In this document: piece after piece, positions 37,465 through 48,103 of the stretch
Layout of the letters: every line of letters begins with the position of its first letter
Position numbering within the stretch: position 1 is the first letter of the stretch
From: Guillardia theta CCMP2712
Taxonomy: Eukaryota; Protista; Cryptophyta
Assembly: GCF_000315625.1 (NCBI RefSeq)
Contig: NW_005434609.1
Coordinates: forward strand, 133,236-197,235
Length of the DNA: 64,000 nucleotides
Direction of reading: 5' to 3'
The notes under the pieces: model-generated
Told to the model about the DNA's origin: nothing
What the model saw: the letters and a program-made list of their open reading frames with translations, nothing else
Databases searched by the model: none
Program-made: the position numbers and the translations under genes

Positions 37465-37650
37465 TCGCTATGCCGGGCCTGGCCGAGTCTTTAAGTGCAG
37501 TGAGTCACCGGCCGGGCGGCCGGGCCCCGCCCGCCGGGACTCGTGACCAGTGACACGGTGACACTCTGGAGTCACTGGCCGGGCGGCCCCGGACGGCGGG
37601 GCACTGCAAAGGCTCACTCAGTGAGCTATCAGTGTTTAGTCAGGCCCGCA
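37465..37650. other. Short CCGG/TGAGT/GTGAC-rich island upstream of the gene at 37673
   Basis: Same word composition as 8490-9135. Confidence 0.6.
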
Positions 37651-37672
37651 CCAGAGAAGTTTGGTTTGTGGG

Positions 37673-40600
37673 ATGCGATGCAGAGGATGCGGTGGGGTCG
37701 TACTGTTCGCCGCCTTCATGCTTTCACTAGGACCTGCTCCCATATACTCTCCTCCTCCTCCTCCTCCTCCTCCTCCTCCTCCTCCTCCTCCTCCTCCTCA
37801 TGCCTCTTCCATACCATCTCGTCAGGTCGGCGATCGTCATTCCTCGATGCATCAGTCTCGAGCTCTTGGGAACGATCCGGTGTGGAGAAAGCGCAGGTCA
37901 GAGATCGACCAGAGGAGGAAGCGGAATCGGATCGAACCTTGCTCGTTTCCTGCATCAAGAACCGAGTTGACGATGACAGAAAGAGTTGATGTCGAAGCAT
38001 CAGAAGGGATGACAGCAAACAAAGTCATCAGAAGCTTTCTGGAGGGGAATTTCTGGTTTCCCGTGCAAATCCAGGGAGAGAAAGACAACAGGATCTCTTT
38101 CACCGTCGACAACAAGGCAAGATGCAAGATGAAGTGGTTCGAAGGAGATATGGAAGCTCCCATCGAGGGAGCAGGAGATCTAAGATTCCTCTTGGCCTCG
38201 ATCTTTCAAGTGCCCTGCGAGGAGGTAGACGTGGCGATTCGATGCCTTGACAACGGCAAGTCTCTGAGAATGACGTCCAGCAATCCGAGAGAGCTTCTGG
38301 AAGAGCTCAAGACTTTGACAGAGCGAAGCTTCTTCTCAGTCACGCGCAAGGGAGTCGACAGTGGAGCAGAGTTTGAGGCCGCTGACATGATGGGGGATTC
38401 GGACGACATGAGGGTGGAGTCCACTTCTGACCCTGGAGCCAAGGAGATGTCTGATCCTGCTCGCGTTTCATCGTTGGATCACTCGGATCCTCTAGAAGGG
38501 GAGGAGAAGAGTCCCGGACAAAGATGTTTGGATAAGCTGCTGGTTGAAATCCATTACATGCAAGCGGGAAGGAATGAAACGTTCCTGCTTCGAAAACTGA
38601 TAGACTCTGAGGCAACAGGCGGCAAGGAAGAAGAGGATATCCTCATAGAGATGACTTGGATCCAAGGCAAGGCAAGGTTCTTCCTGAATGCAGTTCGAGA
38701 CCTTGTTCTCTTCTTGTCAAGATTGTTTGGGACCAGTTTTGATCATTCACATCTTTCTCTTGTGAGCAGCCAAGATGTGAGCAGTGTTCCGCAGAGAATA
38801 TCGAGGTACACATCCAGACTAGATTTCTGGGCTGAGATGAAGAAGCATGGAGTCTTGGGCACCACCAAACTTTACTTCCAGCACGTCGACGTATCAGTGC
38901 AGCTGGATCAGATGAGGGAGATTTCGCTCAAGTCGATTCTCGGTGATTTGAATCCCATTCCGCTGCCTCAGTTCCAGCCTCGAACGTTCGACTTTCGTGT
39001 GACTGACGGCGATAAAGAAGAAGTGATGCGGATAGAGATGGAGGCAAAGGGAGCAACAGGTATGTCGAGGACTCGATGCCTGGATGTACGTTCGAAGCTC
39101 GAACACTCTGTTTTGCTGACTTGGAAAAGAGGGAATATGCAGCTTCTCCTGGTAACGTCGTAACATGGATCTGTTGAGTGATGACGTCTTTTGTGACAGA
39201 AGCACGGTTCTCAAGATGCGATCAAGGTTTTTGCTCCAATCTTCAGGAGAAAAGCGAAAGACAGCATTCTTGAATTGAAAGTACCTGCAACTGAACTCCC
39301 CGAGAAAATGGCGACTGTCACAGTCGATGACATAAGTCCCTCTCAATTCATCAGCTTGATTGCACATTGCTCCCTACGGGACATTGCTGTTCGAGTGGCG
39401 CAGAAAAAAAATGTTGATTCGAACATGATGCCTTTGTTGAATGATCCCATTTGTCGCAACAATTTTCCCAGACGTTTTGGTAGTACCAAGGGTGTCAAAG
39501 CAAGTTCTGAGGCTGTGAATCCTTTGCTTGTAAGAGGAGAAGAAGATCCCATAGAGGATGATTCAGATGACGGTGGAGTGAGCATTGATCCGGTCCGAGT
39601 AAGTGCGATGAATTGCGCAGAGGCATGTAAATTGCTTGAACGCTCTCTGGAAAAAGTGCGGCGAGGGGGTATGGATGAGGAAGATAGGGCATGGGAGATC
39701 TTTAGGTTGAAGCAGATCATCGATGGGATGCAAATGAAAGATCAGGAAATCTACTGCTGCTTTGCAATGGGTCGCTGAGACGTTTGTTCGCAGATTCTTC
39801 TTCTTTCTGACAAGGATTGGACCAATTATTGTCTTGCGAGCGCAAAATACCTTTCGTTCATAGGAAGTTTCGCTGAAGTATTTGAAATCTACCGGTCTGC
39901 GATATATTATTCACCGAAATCTTCTCGCGCATTGTGTGAATATGCAAAATTCCTCTCCATGGCAAGAATTTAAACGCTTTCCCAACAACTAGGTCTGACT
40001 TTCTTGATAGGACTCCGAGTTTTGGGATACCTCTGAAGCTCTGTTTGAGCTTGCGATTGTCACTGACAATGAGCAAATTGCTGCTCAGAATGGAACTATC
40101 GATCATCTTACGAGCGCCAGAATCAGATTTGATTTCGCTCATTTCTGCCAGACCAAAAAGATAGATCTTGATCTGGCAGAGAAGCTGCTCAGAGAATCGA
40201 TTGCCTTCAATCCCGCTCGCTCCAGTGTTTGGCATAATCTTGGCATCCTGCTCATGGGCAAGGTGTCTTCTTCTTCATGTAGATATTGACATCTTACGTT
40301 GCGTTACCAGAACGGCGAACAAGAGGCACAAACAGCATTCGATAGGGCGCTCATGCTGAACCCATCATCCATAGACACACTGTGCAGCAAAGCCAGCTTG
40401 TCTCTGCACATGGCCAAGAACATTTCTGAGATATGTCAGCTGGTGGAGAGGGCAGAAAGCATCAAACCTGGAAGCTTTGAAGTATTGCTGCTCAAAGGAT
40501 CGTTATTTCACCACAAGGATTACAACGATCAACTGGGAGCTTTTCGGAACCTCTTAAGAGCCTTCAGACTTCAGCCGTACAACGTTGAATTGCTGCACAC

Positions 40601-41725
40601 AATGGGGAGCTTTCACAAGCTGGTAAACGTTTTCATCCTTCATGACGAGCGGCATAACGTGCCACCTTCAGGTGATGAACGATGTTGCAACTGCTATCGA
40701 GTACTTCAAGCAAGGTAGGTCTTGAGCCTCTCTTTCTCAGTTTTTTCTTACCTTCTGTTCGTAGCTTTCTCCTTTGATCCCCTGGATCCGCAAGTCTTGA
40801 CAAGCCTGGCCTTGGCTCTCATGGAGGTCACGAGTCTGGCGTTCTTACGCTCTGCTGATGAGATAGAGCAGGGCCGAAGGTTCAAGGATGAGCATGATAG
40901 GGTGGAGCTGGAGGTCGATGGACTAGACTACGACTTCCACGAGGCCTTTCGCCTGTCTCAAGACGCGATCGCACTTTGTCCTCAGTCTGCGCACGTGCAC
41001 TATGTGCATGGCCAATGCTTGGAGGAGTTCGATCAAAACATGCTGGCAGCGAAAGAAGAGTATGAAGTAGCCCTGAAGCTAGACCCTCAGCATGTATGTC
41101 TCCTCTTTCTTCCCAGTCTAGGCAGAAGTTTAACATGTGACCACTTGATCAGGTTGAGGCTCTTTGTGACTTGGGCTCCATCTACCTCAATAACTTGTCG
41201 GACTTCCAGTCTGCAGAGAAGATTCTCCATCGTGCTCTCCGTATTGAGCCCAACAACCCACAAGCTCACTACCACCTCTCCGACATCGACGTCATCGTGT
41301 ACAACGATGTGGCCAGGGCCGAACGAAGGCTCCTGGACACTCTCAACTGTACTTGCAATCCTCGGCAGCAAAATGTGCATCAGAACTGGTGCAATTTGCT
41401 TCAGACTATCACATACATTCAAATCTTCCACTTCAGGAACCAGTCGCTGCCGAGGCACCCCTTGTGCCTGGACTTCTTCACGACATGTTTGAAAAGGCTC
41501 GGGATATTGAGGTCCAAGATGAACTTGGAGGGCCTGCCGGAGCTGTACGATTGTATTCGTGATCAACTTGACTACAACAGCACTGAAGAAGGGGAGGAGG
41601 ACTATATGAGCGAAGATGGCGAGGATCAAAATCAAGAGACGCAGCAGACAGACAAAAATGTGTGCGAGAAAGCATTGTCTCGGTTGCAGACATTGTTGAA
41701 TGCTCGAAAGAGTAACTCGGGGTGA
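37673..41725 (+). CDS. Multi-exon protein: hydrophobic N-terminus, poly-Pro, three copies of an unknown domain, C-terminal TPR repeats (possibly two genes)
   Basis: ORFs 37661..39163, 39275..39778, 40299..40718, 40722..41492 and 41171..41725. TPR signatures: AFDRALMLNPSS, AIALCPQSAHVHYVHG, YEVALKLDPQH, ALRIEPNNPQAHYHL. Confidence 0.65.
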
Positions 41726-41759
41726 ATGTCAAGTAAACGAGATGTCAGGGGCTAGCTAC

Positions 41760-42513
41760 AAGGTATCATGGAACAAGTGATCAACGGAGAATACACTCAG
41801 TCGAACAAGCCTGGCGACTAGTTTCTTGAAATCTAATTTACTGATGTATCATGATATGCTACAGCGTATAGCGTACATGTGAACCTAGAGACATTGTTCA
41901 TTTGTTCGTGAAGATTGTTGTCCGACGGGTAGCATACACCTCGAATGAACTGCACAGCAGGAGCCGATACTTCTCCTTCGAGGTCAAAAGTGCATACCTT
42001 CGCGTGCAACAGACTTGAGGAACGAGAGATAGCGAAATCCTAGTAGCGACAAGAATAATCTGCGCTCGCTCATTTGCTTCCCTCGCCCTCGCCCTATCAT
42101 TTCCCATCCATACTCTCCGCTTCCTCCCCTGTTTGACCTGAACTTGGGTCATGTCTGCAGCTGGAGGCAGTACCTGGCCCTGTCGTCGCTGTTTCCTGCA
42201 TGACATTGACAACTTTGCCGTTCCTCGACCCTTATCATGGGTTGTCCGACGGTAGTGGTCGATAGTCAAACCATGTAGGGACCCCTTAGAAGAAACTACT
42301 TGTCCCCAGTGTCGATCCCTTGATGGTTCACAACAACTGTTGTTTCTGAGCTGGGATCTGACTCAGACAAGTTCCCCGTACCGCCATGGCTGTATGGATC
42401 GCCATGGTAGCGATGGCGAGACAGCCATAGCATTACGGCCGTCTCGCCATCGGTGCCACCACTAGCGCTGATCTTCCCGCCGACATTCTCCCTGCCTCCA
42501 TGGCTCGGACCAT
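41760..42513 (-). CDS. Possible small multi-exon hypothetical gene divergent from BUB1
   Basis: ATG near 42513 and plausible short GT-AG introns on the minus strand. I could not confirm a continuous frame. Confidence 0.25.
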
Positions 42514-42600
42514 TTTATCTGAGGCAGACTTGCACCAAAAATCAAAACGCTGCGTTTTTAAATTCTTAACACGCCTATTCGAACGACAACGGACGCTGCC

Positions 42601-45600
42601 ATGGAGTTTGAGCAGGTATGGTGGGAGGGCGGGAAGCAGGAGAGAGAGAATGGGACAGAAAGGATAGTGTGTATGAGAGAGATTAGGAGGGAAGAAATTA
42701 CAGAGGAGGAGACAGAGAGGAACGCAGGAGTGGGAGGAGAGAAGCGGAGGAAATTCAAGTTTTGTTTGCACGAAAGAAATCTCTGGACATGAGCATCTAG
42801 AAAAGTTGTTCTTGGAGGACCAACACATGATTGTGAGGTTGATTGAGTGCAAGCCACAAGCATGTGGCTAGATTCACAACCGACGTTACAATCATGCCGT
42901 GAATTTCATGAGAGGAAGTGAAATGAGATTGGTTGTTTGAATTCATAAGTTTTGTGAAGAGCTGATTGGGATCAATCTAACGACTCTCCTCAGATCGAAG
43001 GTAGCAAGGAGAACGTCCAGCCACTAGTTGGAGGCAGAGACGTCAAGAAACTAACCAAACAGCTCAAGTCGCTACAGTGCAATCCCACATCCAACACTGT
43101 CTCGATATTCGAAGAAGGGTGCCGTGAATGGGAAGCAAAGCTCGACACCGAATGCCCTGAGGATCCCATTGCGACATGGGACGAGTACATCAAGTGGGCC
43201 CAGCAGCAAGCCACGTCGGACAAAGTTTCCAATCTTGTCGTGCCGATTCTGCAAAGGTGCTGCAGAAAGTTTCAGAAAGACGAACGGTACAAGAACGACC
43301 CAAGATACCTGCGAATCTGGATCAAATATGTCGACACCGTCGCAGACCCGACTGACATCTTTAACTTTCTTGAAGCGAATGGGATCGGACAGGGACTTGC
43401 TCTCTTTTACACGTCATGGGCGTTGGTGCTCGAGTTGAAGAAGAACGACTTCACGGAAGCCTACACCAAGCTCGAGGAGGGAATCAACAAGCGCGCTCAA
43501 CCTCTCGACAAGCTCCAGGCAGCCCTCAAACAATTTCAGCACAGAATGAATCAGGTTTTTGCTCGTCCCTCCTTGCCTGCCTCCTTTGATCATTCTGCAG
43601 AGAACCATGGAAGCAATGAAGAACTCTGTCATCCCTCCCCCCCAGCAAGCTGACAAGGCCAACGCTCGTGAGTTCGGCGATGAGCTCAGCAAGAGCCGCC
43701 GGGTCACCAAGGTTGCCACGTCCCAGCAGGCAACAGGAAGCACCCTGGGAGTGTCGGGGAGACCGGCAGCCTCGCGGGGAGCGCAGGTGAAGGGAACTGG
43801 GAACAAGGGCGGGTTTTCTATCTTCGTGGACTCTGAGAACAGCGCTCCCACGAGCCAGCAAAGCGGAGGAGGGTGGGAGTACCTGCCAGCAGAGAAGGAG
43901 AAGACCAAGGAAAACACTCGGGCTGCGACTCAGTGGACCAAGGAGGCAGCTGGAGTGATCCCGATGAACAGGGCCCGGCCGAGCGTGCCTGCCGCCGGCT
44001 CTGCAGCGCCGGAGAAGGCTGGGGTAGACTTCGAGTTCTTCGTCGACGAGGGCCTGGAGGCGGCAGACAAGAAGAAGGAACGGGAGCCGATCAGGCAGCA
44101 GCTGGAGGGGAAGGTGGGGAAGCTCAAGGTTATGGAAGACTCCCAGCAGGCACGACCCCTGGACTTCCTGTCCGGCCCCGAAGTTCCAACTGAGCCCCAG
44201 CAGCATTTCGACGGCCCCTCCACGAGAAATAGATCAGCATCCGCACGTGGAGGGGCCAGGGAGGATGCTGGAGGTCAGCAGGGGAAGAAGCCGAGGCAGA
44301 AGAGCGCTGATGGGACGGGGGTGTCGGGCTATGACCGGCAGATGCTTGTCCTCTCTGACGGGGAAGAGATCTCCATCGAAGAAGCTCGTGTGATCGGCAG
44401 GTCGGAAGAGGAGGAGGAGGAGTTGGGAGGAAGGAGTAATTCTGTTCTGCAGGTATGGGAAGAAAGTCTGGAGTGGCGACTTGACCCGACAGGTGCCAGA
44501 GGTCAAGAAACTAGTGCAAGAGCAGGACCCAGCACAGGAGCAGGAGCAGGAGAAGCTTGAGTTTGGCTACAACCGAGGACTCTCCCCACCATCCTCTGCC
44601 TTCCACGTGAGCATCCCAGACCAGACGCAAGTGTCTCCGACCTTCTCGAGCTTTGCGCCCAAGGGAGGGAAGAGGTTCCAGCCGACACCCAGCAGCAGGG
44701 AGGAGGAGGAAGACAAGGTGACTTCGAGCCTGCAGACTCCTGTCCCCTCCTGCAAAGGACGGCCGGACGAGTCGATCGAGCACGCTCCTCCCACCCTGAC
44801 CAAGTTCGGAGGGAACGATATCTCAATGATCTCCAAGGCCGCAAACTCCTCGACGTTCCTGGCCAACAGCTCCCGGCACACCCTCTGCCCTCCTGGGGAC
44901 GTCAACTTCACCCTCCACGAGCACCCCCAGGGCAACGACGAGAACTGTGCTCCCGAGCAGCTGAGCTTCGGGGAGAGGAAGGAGAAAGTCCCTGGCAACT
45001 TCTTCGTTGCCTGCGAGTCCTCCCCGACGGTCAACACGAAGAAGGCAAGGCATCAGGTCTTCGACCTCATGCCCAGCCCCACAGTCACCAGGGTGGAGAA
45101 GGACGAGGCTGGGGCAAGAGCTGGAGGGTTGCTGGACGAGTCGGACTTCTTCAAGAGGGCCGCAACGTCCTCGTCGCCCACCATTAACACCAAGAACGCG
45201 CAGATGATGGCCTTCGACCTGATGCCGAGCCCCACGCAAACGGGAGGAGCGATCAGTTTCAAGGCGCAGGCACAGGCGGAGGAGGAGAACTTCATGCAGG
45301 AGGAGTTCTTCGCCAAGGCTTCTTCCAACGCATCCCCAACTATCAACACCAAGAAAGCTCAAGATCAGGTGCCTCCTCCTCCACCACCATCACCTCCGCC
45401 TCATCCTCCCCCTCCCCCTTGGGCTACTTCCTTTCTCCCCTCCCTCCTCACGTTCCACTCCAGGTGTTCGACCTCATGCCGAGTCCCACCGCCACCTCCT
45501 GCCCGGTCATGTTGGCTCACTCGACGCCGACGAGGAGCACGAGGGAAGCCTTCAACCTCCTTCCCAGCCCCACCGAGACGTTCACAGCAGGAGGACTCGA

Positions 45601-48013
45601 GTTCCAGCACGCCTCTGCAGCTGCTCCCTCCTCCCTCGCCTTCGAGATCCGGGAGGACACGGCAATGAAGGGGATAGCGCCGTCAAGCTCAGGCTTTGAG
45701 ATCCGGGAGGACACGGCAATGAAGGGGATAGCGCCGTCAAGCTCAGGCTTCGAGATCCGGGAGGACACGGCGATGAAGGGGATAGCGCCGTCAAGCTCAG
45801 GCTTCGAGATCCGGGAGGACACGGCAATGAAGGGGATAGCGCCGTCAAGCTCAGGCTTCGAGATCCGGGAGGACACGGCGATGAAGGGGTTGGAAGTGCT
45901 CAAGGACGAGGAAGAGATCAAGGTAGAGGAGAAGCAGGTTGCTCCCAAGAGGAAAGGCCTCCGCGTTCTCTGCGAGCAGGCGTCTGGAGCGGAGGAGGTG
46001 GTGAAGGAGGCTGGCAAGGTCAAGCGGGGGATGCAGGAGGAGGGCAAGGAGAATGAGGAGATGAAGGAGGAGGAGGTGAAGGAGGAGGAAGGACTGAGTG
46101 CTGGTCTGCCGAGCCCGCAGCTCCATCAGCATCTCAACACCATCGAAGAAGTTTCAGTTGAAGTCTCACAGGCCAGCGACTGCAACATGACGAGGCTCAA
46201 GGAATCTCGTGGCTCCTCCCTCCAATTTTCCTCCTCCTCCTCCTCCTGCTCCTCCTCCCTCCACTTTTCCTCCTCGTCTCCCGCTCCCCTTCTCTCAAGT
46301 GCTCTTTCTCCTGCAAAGGAAGAAGAGCAGGAGGAGGAGCTGGAGCTGCTGGCAGGGGAGGGTGGGAGAGTGGAGGTGTACAGCGAGAAGGAGCAGGCAA
46401 GGAGGACGAGGCTCGTGGAAGGGCTGATGAGGAGGGAGAAAGGTTACCAGCAGCAGGAGGAGGAGAGCGTACCTGCGGTCAAAGTTGGGTCGAAGCTCGA
46501 GCTTGCAAACTTCACGTTCCATGTGGAGAAGATGATTGGGAAGGTAAACCTCCTCCTCCCTCCTCCCTTCCGCTCTTTGCTGATCCTGTACCGTTCTCCG
46601 CTACTTTCCCTTCATCTCCATCAACACCACCTCCTCCTCTACCTCCTCTCCCTCCTCACTTCTTCGCAGGGTTCATCGTCCAAGGTCTACACCCTCCGGA
46701 GGATTCATCTCGACAAGAGCATCACCGAGGACCTCCAGGACGAGTCGCTCCTGGTCCTCAAGCTCCTTCAACATGCTCCTCCCTGGGAGTTCTACGTCTC
46801 CCGCTCGCTCCAGCAGAGGCTGCCGGAGGACGCAAGGAGCTCGTTCCTCGACTTCCGACATGCCCTGCTCTACCCCAGCTGCTCCCTCCTCCTCTCTGAC
46901 CTCCGTTCGGAGGTCTCCCTGCAGGATGTAATCAACGCCTACCGCAAGGTCAGAAACGCCCCTTCTCCCTCCTTCCCTCCCTTCTCCCTCCTTCCCTCCC
47001 TTCTCCCCTCCTCTCCCGCTCCCCTCCCTCCCTCCCCTACTTCTCCCCTACTTCTCCTCTCCCTCCCTCCTACCCCACCTCCTGGACCAGCTGACGGGGT
47101 TCGAGCAGGCAGGCAAGAAGATGGAGGAGCATCTCGTCATCTTCTACGCCATCGAGATCCTCCGAGCTCTAGAGCACATGCACGACGCTGGGTGAGCTGA
47201 GAACTGTCTCCCTCCTGCCCCCAGCTGACCCCCAGCAGGTTCGTGCATGGCGACCTGAAGCCAGACAACATCCTCGTACGAGACGATGCGCTAGACAAGC
47301 AAGAGAACTGGAATTACAACCCAAGTGCTGGGTCAGTTACTCCTCCTCCTCCTCCTCCTCCTCCTCCTCCTCCTCCTCCTTCCGTCACCTTTGTACCTGC
47401 CGTTGATCAGTTCTCCTCCTCCTCCTCCTCCTCCTCCTCCTCCTCCTCCTCCTCCTCCTCCTCCTCCTCCTCCTCCTCCTGTGCTCTTGTTGCGGTCCTC
47501 TGCTTCTAAACTCTCCCCTCCTCCTCTCTCCTCCGTCCTGACGATCCCTCCAGCTTCTCAGCACGGGGAGTGCGACTGATCGACTTTGGTCTCTCCATCG
47601 ACCGGCGGCTGTACGAGGAGGGCACGACCTTCGTGGGGAGGAGCGGGACAAGCAGCTTCGAGTGCGCGGAGATGAAGGAAGGACGAGCATGGACGGAGCA
47701 GGGAGACTTACACGCGCTGTGCGGGGTGATCCATGCTCTGCTACACAACGAGTACATGGAGGTGGAGGCAAAGGCAGAGGAGGGGCAGCGTCTGGTCCGG
47801 ATGCCGAGGATGGGCTTCAAGAGGTACTGGCAGGTGAGCATGTGGACGGAGTTCTTCTCGTCGTTGCTCAACGTGGGAAGCTGCGAGCAAGTGCCGGACA
47901 AGAGGACGAGGAGGGAGGAGCTCGAGGGATATTTCGAGAGGAACGAGAGCAAGAGGAGCGCTGTTAGGATGGCTCTTATCAAGCAGGAGCTCCTCCTCCA
48001 CCAGCCTCAATGA
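42601..48013 (+). CDS. BUB1: MadBub spindle-checkpoint kinase (BUB1/BUBR1 family)
   Basis: MEFEQ|IEGSKENVQP (KEN1); TPR domain DPIATWDEYIKW...YKNDPRYLRIWIKY; FSIFVD-KEN-FEFFVDE (ABBA-KEN-ABBA); EEISIEEAR (GLEBS-like); SPTxNTK motifs (CD1); kinase motifs GKGSSSKVY, HGDLKPDN, LIDFG. Confidence 0.93.
45641..45889 (+). repeat. Coding 54-bp tandem repeat, about 4.6 copies (FEIREDTAMKGIAPSSSG)
   Basis: Near-identical units TTCGAGATCCGGGAGGACACGGC(A/G)ATGAAGGGGATAGCGCCGTCAAGCTCAGGC. Confidence 0.95.
47338..47480. repeat. (CCT)n microsatellites within a BUB1 intron
   Basis: Directly visible. Confidence 0.9.
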
Positions 48014-48103
48014 AATATTTACAGATTCTCCTCCTCCTCCTCCTCCTCCTCCTCCACCACCACCACCACCACCACCACCACCACTTTCATACTTGCGCTC
48101 CGT

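Noticed and set aside
42585-42595. AACGG (MSA-like G2/M element) before the BUB1 start
   Set aside because: A single 5-mer that is not clearly repeated upstream of the cyclin or Fused genes; expected by chance.
45641-45889. Possible CRISPR-like array
   Set aside because: Head-to-tail repeats without unique spacers, in frame within a eukaryotic coding exon, and no cas genes.
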